Below are positions 28,819 through 37,534 of a stretch of 64,000 nt of DNA, piece after piece. Numbering within the stretch: the first letter of the stretch is position 1; each line of letters begins with the position of its first letter. The notes under the pieces were generated by a model that ran no database searches, was not told the origin of the DNA, and worked only from the letters and a program-made list of their open reading frames with translations. The position numbers and the translations under genes are program-made. The DNA comes from Actinomycetota bacterium (GTDB lineage: Bacteria; Actinomycetota; CADDZG01; JAHWKV01), in contig JAHWKU010000002.1 of NCBI GenBank assembly GCA_019347715.1, positions 118,349 to 182,348 on the forward strand. The letters run 5' to 3'.

Positions 28819-30654
28819 ATGGGATTCATGGACCGCGTTTTTCAAGCCGGGCGCCGGCTCGACCAAAGCGTCTATCGCAAGCTCGGCCTCGACAAAGCCG
28901 TCGAGGCGATCCGCCCGAAACTTCCCCCGAGTCTGATGCGATTCGGAGCGAGGTACGGCCCCGTCGTGGGGATCGTCACCCTCGTAGCTCTCTACGCCGC
29001 GGCCTTGTCCGGCACGACGGGCGTAACTACCACAGACGATCTCACCGACCAGGAGGCATTGGAGCGTTTCACCGGTCTTCCCGGAGAGGAACTGATCGAC
29101 ACTCCCTCTCCGGGGTCTCCGGAGGAGGCCGCGCAGCAAGCACAACGAGCAGCCAGCGCAGCCGCAGGAGAGATAGCAAAACAATTCGTCGCGCCGCCCA
29201 CCTCAAACGTCTGCGGCAAGAACAACGTTCTCCAAACCGGTTCAACCGTCCAATTCCCCTGGGCGGTGCAGTGTCTTCCGAAATTCAGCGGTGATAACGG
29301 CGGCGAGACCTATCGCGGGGTTTATCGCGACAAGATCCGCATGGCCTGGTATTACTCGAACGACCCGGTGATCGTGGGCGCCACGAAAGCTGCCGGTGGC
29401 TGTGGAAGCTTCGAATGCTCCCAGGATTACATGCAGACCTATGTCGACTGGTTCATGAAGTACTACGAGACTTTCGGCAGAAAGATCGAGCTGGTTCCAA
29501 TCCAGAGCAGCGGTAAGGACGACGATCCCACGGCGGCCCGAAACGATGCTGAGCGGATCGCCGGCTTGAATCCGCCCGTCTTTGGTGTGCTGAACGCGCC
29601 GGGACAGGCTGCTCCCTCGTATGTTGCGCGTTTGAAAGAGGCAGGAATAATGTGCTTTGGCTGCGGGGTCTCTTTGCCTCAGGAGTTCTCGGAGCAGATG
29701 GCTCCGTTTGCCTGGGGAACGCTGCAGTCATCGACTTTCGCCTACATCCATCGGGCCGAGTACGTCGGGAAGCGTTTGGCACCTCATCCGGCGAACCATG
29801 CCGCCGGGTTGCTCAAGGACAAACCGAGGACTTTCGCCCTGGTGTACTTCGATAACACGAATCGCGATTACCAAAGCGGAGTCGACTTCTTCGAGCAGGA
29901 ACTCAAAGAGAAGTATGGGGTGACCCTTAAAGAGAAGATTCGTTACGTGAACATTGAAGGATGCAACATCAATGCCGGCGTAATGGTAAATGCTCTCAAG
30001 GCTGCGGACAACGGCCAGAGCGTCACTTCCGTGATCTTCTCGGGAGATCCGATCTGTCCTATCGAACTTACCAAGCAGGCGGAACTCCAAGGGGCTCAGT
30101 GGGAGTGGATCATCACTGGGTCGGTGCTGACCGACACTAACAACTTCGGCCGGCTATACGACCAGAATCAATGGAGCAGGGCTTTCGGAGTATCAATGCT
30201 CGCCCCGGACGTGAAGAACCAGAACGACTACTGGTTCAAGATGTACAAGGAAATGAAGCCCAACGGTACTCCGCTGGAGGAGGCCCCCGTGGTGCTCGGC
30301 CCTCCGATCATTTTCTTCACCGGAGTGCACCTCGCGGGCCCGAAGCTCGCACCAGAGACCTTTGCGGCAGGTATGGCTAAGGCCATCCCGACCGGTGGGA
30401 CGGTAACCATCGGCCGCCGCTCGTACGGGCCCAAGAAGCTCGGAGGAAGGACCTTCCTCGACTACACCTCGTTCGACGACATGACGGAGATCTGGTGGGA
30501 CCGCAACGCGAGGGACCCAAATAACAGGCAGGGAGCGTACTGGTACGTCGACGGTGGTAGTAGATATGCGTGGTATGGCTGGCCCGACACTAAGCCAAGG
30601 GCATTCGACACGAACGGGGCCACCACCGGTTACGAAAAGGCGCCCGACCAATAG
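28819..30654 (+). CDS. Membrane-anchored divergent substrate-binding protein (type I PBP-like), partner of the fused Liv-type transporter
   Basis: RBS AAGGGAGGG before the ATG. N-terminal TM anchor, low-complexity linker, large extracytoplasmic domain. C-terminal region resembles the 14310-15800 protein. Confidence 0.5.
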   Translation: MGFMDRVFQAGRRLDQSVYRKLGLDKAVEAIRPKLPPSLMRFGARYGPVVGIVTLVALYAAALSGTTGVTTTDDLTDQEALERFTGLPGEELIDTPSPGSPEEAAQQAQRAASAAAGEIAKQFVAPPTSNVCGKNNVLQTGSTVQFPWAVQCLPKFSGDNGGETYRGVYRDKIRMAWYYSNDPVIVGATKAAGGCGSFECSQDYMQTYVDWFMKYYETFGRKIELVPIQSSGKDDDPTAARNDAERIAGLNPPVFGVLNAPGQAAPSYVARLKEAGIMCFGCGVSLPQEFSEQMAPFAWGTLQSSTFAYIHRAEYVGKRLAPHPANHAAGLLKDKPRTFALVYFDNTNRDYQSGVDFFEQELKEKYGVTLKEKIRYVNIEGCNINAGVMVNALKAADNGQSVTSVIFSGDPICPIELTKQAELQGAQWEWIITGSVLTDTNNFGRLYDQNQWSRAFGVSMLAPDVKNQNDYWFKMYKEMKPNGTPLEEAPVVLGPPIIFFTGVHLAGPKLAPETFAAGMAKAIPTGGTVTIGRRSYGPKKLGGRTFLDYTSFDDMTEIWWDRNARDPNNRQGAYWYVDGGSRYAWYGWPDTKPRAFDTNGATTGYEKAPDQ

Positions 30655-32261
30655 AGGGGCCGACAAGAGAAGGCCTCTAGGTGGAGGCGTCCTTTCCGAC
30701 GGTTGCGAAGCAGCGCCATCAGCAGGGCGCCTGCTAGAAGCAGGATCGTTGCTGCTGTCTGAGCCCCTGGCAAGGTCGATTCTCCCGTAGCTGCGAGCTG
30801 ACCTGGCCTCCCGCCCGTTGGCAACGGGAAGGGGACTCCAAGTAGCAATTCGACGTTTTGATCTGCCGCGGTTCCGATCTTGGTGAAGTCTTGCTGGGGG
30901 TCGTTGTAAAGGATCTCTCTCCCCGCGGAGGCCAGCCAGTCCTCGTTGATCTGCCGCGCCCCTGCTGTGATTTCCTCGGTCGGGGTGGGATCGTCGACTA
31001 CCCAGTCGATACCGCTTCCGGCCCTCACGTTCGGATCGACTGCAGCTTCGAAGACCACGGCGAATATGGAGATGGTTCCGTCGAGGTTGTCGGCGATCTC
31101 GATCGTCCTGGAATGCGTCGGGAAGTCCGCGATAGCAGAAGTGTTGACTTCCCAGTACGAGGTTCTCTTCTCCTCGTCCTTGTGCCCCCAGATCTTGTTT
31201 TGATGGGTGTGTCCGTCGGCATGCAGGATCACATTCGGGAAACGAAGCAGCAGCTCTCTCAGATCGTCTCCAAGCTTCACTCCGCCCTCGACGTGGGGCG
31301 GGTGGTGGCCCATCTGTTCGTTCCACGGATAACCCGGATTGACCATGCTTCCCAGCGGATGGTGGGCGAAAATGACGATCAGCCGGTCCTTTCCCGCCGG
31401 GTTTGAAGCTTCCCGGCCTTGAGCGTCGAAGTAACTCGTCGAAGACCTCTTCAGCTGTTCTTCGAGCCAGGCGAACTGGAGCGGGTCTAGGTTGCCGTTC
31501 TCCAGCCCTTCAGTTGCGGTGGTATCGAGCGTGATGAAATGAAAAGGTTCCTCTATCCATTGATAGCACGCCCTTCTCAGAACTGAAGCCGGTGTGGTCG
31601 GAGTGCCCGGCTGAGCCGGACACCGCGTGTTCTCCGGGAGGAAACCATGTCCTTCTGGGATTCCGGTTGTGACGACGTGTTCGTCGATCCATTCTTGGCG
31701 GTCGAAGATCCTTCGGTCTGGGTCTGCCGGTACCGCAGTCGTGTTGCCGACGGTCGGAAGGACGTTCATCCAGTAGTTGGGGTCGGTGAAACCTGCGCAC
31801 GCGTCACCCTGGGACCCTTGAGGAACCCCAACGACTTTGGTACTGCCGACCGCGTGAGCCCGGATGAAAGCCCGCCAAACCGGGTCGTCATCGGGAATGC
31901 TTCCCTGGATCTTCATGTCGTGGTTGCCCATCACCGCGTACCACCGGAGATGGGATCCGGGAGGCTCGCGGAAACTGGTCGCCCAGAATGGCTCGTTGGC
32001 TAGATTTACCAGAGGTACGGAAGCGGGGCCCGGCGCGGTCGGGGCGTTGGCCGGCTTCTGAAGTGGAGGATTTCCTCCAACGGGGTCTTGACCCTGCACT
32101 CCGTTGTATCCATCGCCGGAGCCGAACGGCCCCGGTTTGCCCGAGTCGGAATTGACGAGCTTGCCGCCGTCGAAGAGATCGATCATCAAGCGGGTCTCGT
32201 TGTACTGCTGATTGTTGACGAGATCGCCGAGTGCGACCGCAAAGTCAAACGGATGCTGCAA
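30630..32261 (-). CDS. Metallophosphoesterase (calcineurin-like), C-terminal major part of a frameshift-split gene
   Basis: TTG start in the track. Motifs GDLVNN, GNHD, GHTH. C-terminal hydrophobic tail. The upstream in-frame sequence also reads protein-like up to a stop at 32316-32318. Confidence 0.6.
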   Translation of the reverse strand: MQHPFDFAVALGDLVNNQQYNETRLMIDLFDGGKLVNSDSGKPGPFGSGDGYNGVQGQDPVGGNPPLQKPANAPTAPGPASVPLVNLANEPFWATSFREPPGSHLRWYAVMGNHDMKIQGSIPDDDPVWRAFIRAHAVGSTKVVGVPQGSQGDACAGFTDPNYWMNVLPTVGNTTAVPADPDRRIFDRQEWIDEHVVTTGIPEGHGFLPENTRCPAQPGTPTTPASVLRRACYQWIEEPFHFITLDTTATEGLENGNLDPLQFAWLEEQLKRSSTSYFDAQGREASNPAGKDRLIVIFAHHPLGSMVNPGYPWNEQMGHHPPHVEGGVKLGDDLRELLLRFPNVILHADGHTHQNKIWGHKDEEKRTSYWEVNTSAIADFPTHSRTIEIADNLDGTISIFAVVFEAAVDPNVRAGSGIDWVVDDPTPTEEITAGARQINEDWLASAGREILYNDPQQDFTKIGTAADQNVELLLGVPFPLPTGGRPGQLAATGESTLPGAQTAATILLLAGALLMALLRNRRKGRLHLEAFSCRPLYWSGAFS

Positions 32262-32703
32262 GACGGGGCTTCCCCCTGTGGCGATGCGGTTGGCGGCCCG
32301 GACGTGAGCGTTGATTCAAGTGTGGGACGAAAGCCTCGTGGGGACGAAACGCTCCTTTTGTCCCTACTTGGTCTTCGCAGGCGTCGGCCCATTCACCTCG
32401 TGCCGGAGACTCTTCGTCGGCAAGCTGCAGGTCGGCGATCGTAAAGAATGCCTTGAAGGGTTTTCTTCTCTGATCGCGGCCGGCCCCCGCCTGAGCGAGA
32501 TCCTCTCTAACCGTGATCCCTTCGCCCGGACCGCATTCGAGGGTGCCGTCCTGTTTCCTGACGATGGTTCCATCGAGCGTCGTCTCTCCACAGTCTCGTG
32601 GAACTGCCTGAGACTCGGGGATGAAGGGAAGGTCTAGAGCTCCTGCTGAGAGAACCAGCGCGATAAGCAGCGCTCTTGTAAGAATCTTTGGACCTCCCGG
32701 CAT
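32245..32703 (-). CDS. N-terminal fragment of the same metallophosphoesterase (signal peptide + first metal-binding motif), different frame
   Basis: Signal peptide MPGGPKILTRALLIALVLSAGA and FFTIADLQLADEESPARGEW, like the phosphoesterase motif-I region. Ends 17 nt inside the downstream fragment in another frame, so there is a frameshift near 32310-32320. Confidence 0.4.
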   Translation of the reverse strand: MPGGPKILTRALLIALVLSAGALDLPFIPESQAVPRDCGETTLDGTIVRKQDGTLECGPGEGITVREDLAQAGAGRDQRRKPFKAFFTIADLQLADEESPARGEWADACEDQVGTKGAFRPHEAFVPHLNQRSRPGRQPHRHRGKPRLAASV

Positions 32704-32758
32704 GCGTTTAGGAGTCTATATGAGCCTTTTTGGGTAAGGGCCCAGCGGCCAAGGACAA

Positions 32759-34255
32759 ATGACTATGGGAATCACGAGACCATTTCGTAAGGAAACTAGA
32801 CCCCGAGGACTAGCGAGGCTAGATCTCTGGTTGTTCAGGCGCGTTGCGAAGACCGAGTTGCCCATCGTAGATAACGCGCTTCTTCCTCTCACGCGAGCGG
32901 CTAACAGGTCGAAGCTTTGGGTTGGGATAGCGGCAGTGCTGGCCACATCGGGGGGCCGGTTCGGAAGGCGTGCAGCTCTCAGAGGTCTGATTTCACTGGG
33001 CATAACCTCTGCCTTGGTCAATCTCCCCGCCAAGTGGATCGCGCGACGAGCAAGGCCGTCGATCAAAGGGGTCCCAGAGGCTCGCAGGCTGCGGCGACTT
33101 CCGACCTCGTATTCCTTTCCCTCGGGACATTCCGCCAGCGCTTTCGCTTTCGCCACCGCGGTATCACAGGAGCTTCCGGTACTCGCGGCCCCCATCTTTA
33201 CTCTTGCGAGCGGAGTCGCCTACTCCCGCGTCTACGCCGGCGTGCACTATCCGGGCGATGTCATTGCGGGCGCGGCTGCAGGTTCGGCTTTGGCGCTGGC
33301 AACTCGCAGATTCTGGCCGCGAGCTCCAAAGGATCCCATCAACCACGGGGTGACTTTTGAGACGAACCGGAGGCAAGGGGCCCCTACGGGACGTTCAGTG
33401 ACACTGGTTGTGAATCCATCATCTGGCCCGGCCCTTTCAAGAGATCCTTCGGACAGCCTCGAGACATTGCTTCCTGAAGCCAAAGTGCTGTCAGCCGATG
33501 GGGAGGACATGGCGGAGCTTCTGAAGCAAGCAGCAGCCGGGGCGGACGTCTTCGGCGTGGCGGGGGGCGACGGCTCGGTCAATTGTGCGATAGAAGTCGC
33601 TTCTGAAACCGGTAAGCCGCTCGTGGTGATACCTGCCGGGACGCTCAATCATCTCGCTCGTGACCTGGGGCTCACGAGCGTTCGAGAAGCCGCACAAGCG
33701 GTTGCAAACGGGACGACGTCCACCGTCGATATCGCACGCATCGATGGCAAGCCTTTCGTCAATACCGCAAGTCTCGGAACTTATCCCGAACTGGTCGATT
33801 ATCGAGAGAAGCTGGAATCGAAGATCGGCAAATGGCCGGCCCTTTTTGTAGCTCTGGTCAAAGTTCTAAGAGAGGCGACTCCGATAAAAGTGGAGCTTGA
33901 TGGGGAGCAACGTCAGATCTGGCTCATGTTTATCGGCAATTGCCTATACCAGCCGGCAGGATTCGCGCCGGTCTGGCGCGAGCGGCTGGATGACGGCAAG
34001 CTGGATGTGCGAATCCTCTCTGCAGAGCATCCTTTCGGTCGAACACGCTTCGCTCTTTCGGTATTAACCGGGACGCTTGGTAGGTCCAAGATCTACGATC
34101 AGATGGTTACCGAACAGTTGAAGGTACGTTCGCTCGATGGCCCGCTCCGGCTGGCGTGTGACGGCGAGAGCTTCGATGGCACCGACGAGTTCGTGATCGT
34201 AAAAGCCGGGGAGCAAGTCCAGATTTTCGTTCCCGAGCCGCCGGAGAACGCCTAG
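32759..34255 (+). CDS. Bifunctional PAP2 phosphatase / diacylglycerol-kinase-catalytic-domain (DAGK_cat) protein
   Basis: N-terminal PAP2 motifs (KxxxxxxRP, PSGHSA, SRVYAGVHYPGDV). C-terminal lipid-kinase motif GGDGSVN of the DAGK_cat/YegS family. Confidence 0.75.
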   Translation: MTMGITRPFRKETRPRGLARLDLWLFRRVAKTELPIVDNALLPLTRAANRSKLWVGIAAVLATSGGRFGRRAALRGLISLGITSALVNLPAKWIARRARPSIKGVPEARRLRRLPTSYSFPSGHSASAFAFATAVSQELPVLAAPIFTLASGVAYSRVYAGVHYPGDVIAGAAAGSALALATRRFWPRAPKDPINHGVTFETNRRQGAPTGRSVTLVVNPSSGPALSRDPSDSLETLLPEAKVLSADGEDMAELLKQAAAGADVFGVAGGDGSVNCAIEVASETGKPLVVIPAGTLNHLARDLGLTSVREAAQAVANGTTSTVDIARIDGKPFVNTASLGTYPELVDYREKLESKIGKWPALFVALVKVLREATPIKVELDGEQRQIWLMFIGNCLYQPAGFAPVWRERLDDGKLDVRILSAEHPFGRTRFALSVLTGTLGRSKIYDQMVTEQLKVRSLDGPLRLACDGESFDGTDEFVIVKAGEQVQIFVPEPPENA

Positions 34256-34262
34256 TTGCCCA

Positions 34263-34928
34263 CTAGCTTCCGTTCCGGCGCAGGTATCTGCCAAATACGA
34301 TAGCCGCCGCCGCCAGAGCTACGATCCCTCCCACGGTGATCCATATCCCAGCCTCTTTGTAAGCTGCTCCAAGCAGGAAGCCGGCCCCAACTACCTCGAC
34401 GATCGAGGCCGCTGCCCCGAGGCCGTCTGCGGGCAAATACTCCTTGGATGGCATGTCGCTCGACCCAGCTGCTGCCCCAAGCAGTGCCGACGGAAAAACC
34501 GCCAGCCGCCCAAGGAAGACGAGGCGAGACCCTTTGCGATCGAGCACTTTCTCCAAGTCTTTGATCCGCTTGGACGGGAGGATCTTCGAGCCGATCAGGG
34601 GAAGCCGGTTGTTCTTGATCTCTGTCGAAAACTGACGGCCGAGGTAGTAGAAATGCCACACTCCCAGCACCATGAGAGGAACCGCTGCAATCACGATCTC
34701 AGGCAGCCGAACATTCCCGGCACGGGCGAGGAAGCCAGCGGCCAGCAACACTTCTTTGGTCGGCCGTAGGAGTACGAGGATCAGAAAGTTGTCACGGTAT
34801 AGCAGGGGAGCCAGGGGAATCGCTGCTATACCCAGCACGATCCTTAGCCCTGCACCCCAGAGAAGGGCCCACTTGAGTTTGCTGTTCTTTCGCACGGGCC
34901 AAGTTTTACTCGGTCTTGGGACGGGCAA
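34263..34928 (-). CDS. DedA/VTT-domain family membrane protein
   Basis: 221 aa polytopic membrane protein with a DedA-like FLGRLAVFPSALLGAAAG segment. Confidence 0.45.
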   Translation of the reverse strand: MPVPRPSKTWPVRKNSKLKWALLWGAGLRIVLGIAAIPLAPLLYRDNFLILVLLRPTKEVLLAAGFLARAGNVRLPEIVIAAVPLMVLGVWHFYYLGRQFSTEIKNNRLPLIGSKILPSKRIKDLEKVLDRKGSRLVFLGRLAVFPSALLGAAAGSSDMPSKEYLPADGLGAAASIVEVVGAGFLLGAAYKEAGIWITVGGIVALAAAAIVFGRYLRRNGS

Positions 34929-35695
34929 ACCTGAATAGCATGAAAAGTTTGCTCCCAGGCTTTGTTGCAGACCGACTAGATGCTGAGAAGAGATACGGGC
35001 TCAGGCTGACCCTGTTCGCTTTCTCAATAGTTCTTGCGACTCTCCCGTTTGGACTTCTGCTGAAGGCTGTGGTGGACAAAGACCCTGAGCTGCAATCGTT
35101 CGACACTGCACTTTCCGAACGACTCTACGGATGGACCAGGGGGAAAGAGGCTCTGGTCACGGTTCTGAAAGTGATCAGCTTTATGGGGAAGCCGTTATGG
35201 TTCTACATTCTCATCGGAGCTGTCTCGATCTACCTCTTCAGGTCCAAGCGCGTGAGACTCATGATCTTTCTCATCGCCTCGACCCTGGGGGGAGGCATCG
35301 TCGATACCATCATCAAAGTTGCCGTCAATCGGGGTAGGCCCGAAGTGGAGATCCCGCTGATCCATGCCATAGGGAAATCATTTCCTTCGGGCCATGCCAT
35401 GACCTCGACCATCGCATACGGTGCCCTGCTCTTGATCTTCATGCCGTTGATCGCACGGGCGTGGAGACCCTTGGCCATCGCGGCCACGGCCTCCCTCGTC
35501 TTGCTGATCGGATTCTCACGTTTGGCACTTGGCGTTCACTTCTTAACCGATGTCATCGGAGGTTACGTTCTCGGACTCTCATGGCTTATCGCCTCGACTG
35601 CTGCCTTCAGCATCTGGCGCACCGAGACCGGAAGGAAGCCAGTCGAGGTCGTGGAAGGAGTCGAACCGGAGGCTGCAAAAGACCTGAAGCCATGA
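34916..35695 (+). CDS. PAP2 family lipid phosphatase
   Basis: PAP2 motifs KVAVNRGRP, PSGHA, SRLALGVHFLTDV. Start may be the internal Met at 34940. Confidence 0.7.
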   Translation: MGRANLNSMKSLLPGFVADRLDAEKRYGLRLTLFAFSIVLATLPFGLLLKAVVDKDPELQSFDTALSERLYGWTRGKEALVTVLKVISFMGKPLWFYILIGAVSIYLFRSKRVRLMIFLIASTLGGGIVDTIIKVAVNRGRPEVEIPLIHAIGKSFPSGHAMTSTIAYGALLLIFMPLIARAWRPLAIAATASLVLLIGFSRLALGVHFLTDVIGGYVLGLSWLIASTAAFSIWRTETGRKPVEVVEGVEPEAAKDLKP

Positions 35696-35762
35696 TGGAG
35701 CTAGCGGTTATTGCCTTGCTCTGTTGGGGTAGGCAATAAACAAGCTAGAAGGAGGTATCTCA

Positions 35763-36284
35763 ATGACCAAAGTTGCGTTCATTCTCGATGAGATGTTCGA
35801 GGACAGTGAGTTCAAGGTTCCATACGATCGAGTACGTGAGGCCGGTCACGAGGCCGTAGTCGTCGGACTCGAAAAGGGCAAAACGGTGCAAGGCAAAAAG
35901 GGCAAGGAGTCGATCACTATTGAGATGTCGGCGGAAGAAGCTGACCCTGCCGACTTCGACGCCCTCGTGATTCCGGGGGGATACTCTCCCGACAAGATTC
36001 GCACCAACGAGAAGATGGTGGCGATCACAAAGAACGTGGTGGATTCTGGGAAGCCGGTGGCCGCGATCTGCCATGCCGGATGGATGCTCGCCGAGGCGGA
36101 CGTGCTGAAGGGCAAGACGGTGACCTCGGTGAGATCGATCAAAACCGATCTCGAAAACGCGGGGGCCTCGTGGGTCGATCAGGAGGTTGTGGAAGACGGG
36201 AACTTGATAACTTCCCGCAAGCCGGACGATCTGGAAGCCTTTACGAAGGCTTTGCTTTCGCAGATCGTCCAGTCTTCACGGTAA
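35763..36284 (+). CDS. DJ-1/PfpI family protein (type-1 glutamine amidotransferase-like)
   Basis: RBS AAGGAGG. Nucleophile elbow AAICHAG and overall PfpI-like sequence. Confidence 0.8.
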   Translation: MTKVAFILDEMFEDSEFKVPYDRVREAGHEAVVVGLEKGKTVQGKKGKESITIEMSAEEADPADFDALVIPGGYSPDKIRTNEKMVAITKNVVDSGKPVAAICHAGWMLAEADVLKGKTVTSVRSIKTDLENAGASWVDQEVVEDGNLITSRKPDDLEAFTKALLSQIVQSSR

Positions 36285-36289
36285 TCCCC

Positions 36290-36712
36290 TCACTCGATTA
36301 CTTCACGAAACCCCAGGTCGCCAAGAGCCTTGCGCAAACTGGCGGCCGCCTCCTCCAGGTCCTCCTGCCTCGGATTTGGGTCAGCGTTCGAGAAGTCGAG
36401 GTCGTTGACCCCAGATATGGGCACCACATGGAAATGAACGTGGGGAACCTCGAGGCCGGCTAGCATCAGTCCGACCTTCACCGGGCTGTATGCCTTGTCC
36501 ATCGCCCTCCCTATGGATTGAGCGACTCGGGTCAAATGGCTCAATAGATCTTCGGGGAGGTCGAGCCAGTGGTCGACCTCATCTCTGGGCACGACGAGCG
36601 TGTGTCCGGGGCGGAGGGGATTGATGGATAGAAAGGCCACGCACCGGTCGTCCTTCCAGACGAACCTGCCTGGGATCTCGCCTTCGATGATCTTTGTGAA
36701 GATGCTCGGCAT
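36290..36712 (-). CDS. HIT family protein (histidine triad nucleotide-binding)
   Basis: Histidine triad HVHFHVV and an N-terminus typical of Hint proteins. Confidence 0.8.
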   Translation of the reverse strand: MPSIFTKIIEGEIPGRFVWKDDRCVAFLSINPLRPGHTLVVPRDEVDHWLDLPEDLLSHLTRVAQSIGRAMDKAYSPVKVGLMLAGLEVPHVHFHVVPISGVNDLDFSNADPNPRQEDLEEAAASLRKALGDLGFREVIE

Positions 36713-36784
36713 GGCCGCTCCCTTCGTCTAAAGGCTTCAAGATAGCGTGATCTTCAGTGAAGGCTCTGTTGGGAGGTATTTCTC

Positions 36785-37534
36785 ATGCAAAAGGTAGTGA
36801 TTGGTGACGACGGCGCGGTGAGGGTGATCACCATCAATCGGGCCGACGTCCACAACTGTGTAGATGTCGAGACCGCAGAGTCCCTCGCGGTGGCGATTGG
36901 AGAATTCGCAAAGGATGAATCGCTGAAGGTCTTGGTCCTCACGGGGGCCGGGGACAAAGCCTTTTGCAGTGGAGCCGACCTCAAAGCTTCGGATTCGCTG
37001 ATGAGCCATGATTTCGTCGAAAGCGCCGGGCCCATGGGGTTTGCGCGGCTCGATCCGGGCAAGCCGACCATTGCTGCCGTTAACGGTTACTGCTTTGCAG
37101 GAGGAATGGAACTGGCAGCATGGTGCGACTTTCGCATTGCATCGGCCAATGCCGAGTTCGGAGCGTTGAATCGCCGCTGGGGAGTCCCATTCGTCGATGG
37201 TGGCACCCAGAGGTTTGCTCGCATTACCGGTCTGGGGGCCGCGCTCTACTTGATAGAAACCGGGGTCCGCATCGACGCGTCAGGTGCCAAGGAACTCGGA
37301 TTTGTTCAGGAAGTGGTCCCTGCAGGAACTGCCCTCGATAGAGCGCGCGAGCTGGCTGAACAGATCGCTGGCTATCCTCAGGCAAGCATCCGCGCCGACC
37401 GCAAGGCCGCGATCCAGGGTTTGGCGATGAACCTGGACGATGGCCTGCTGAACGAGAGAAGGGTCGGGTTTGCCACCTTGAGCGATTCCGAGATGGCTGA
37501 AGGTCTGGAGCGATTTCGGAAAGGAGACTTTTAG
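36785..37534 (+). CDS. Enoyl-CoA hydratase/isomerase (crotonase) family protein
   Basis: Crotonase oxyanion-hole motifs AFCSGADLKA and GYCFAGGMELA. Confidence 0.8.
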   Translation: MQKVVIGDDGAVRVITINRADVHNCVDVETAESLAVAIGEFAKDESLKVLVLTGAGDKAFCSGADLKASDSLMSHDFVESAGPMGFARLDPGKPTIAAVNGYCFAGGMELAAWCDFRIASANAEFGALNRRWGVPFVDGGTQRFARITGLGAALYLIETGVRIDASGAKELGFVQEVVPAGTALDRARELAEQIAGYPQASIRADRKAAIQGLAMNLDDGLLNERRVGFATLSDSEMAEGLERFRKGDF

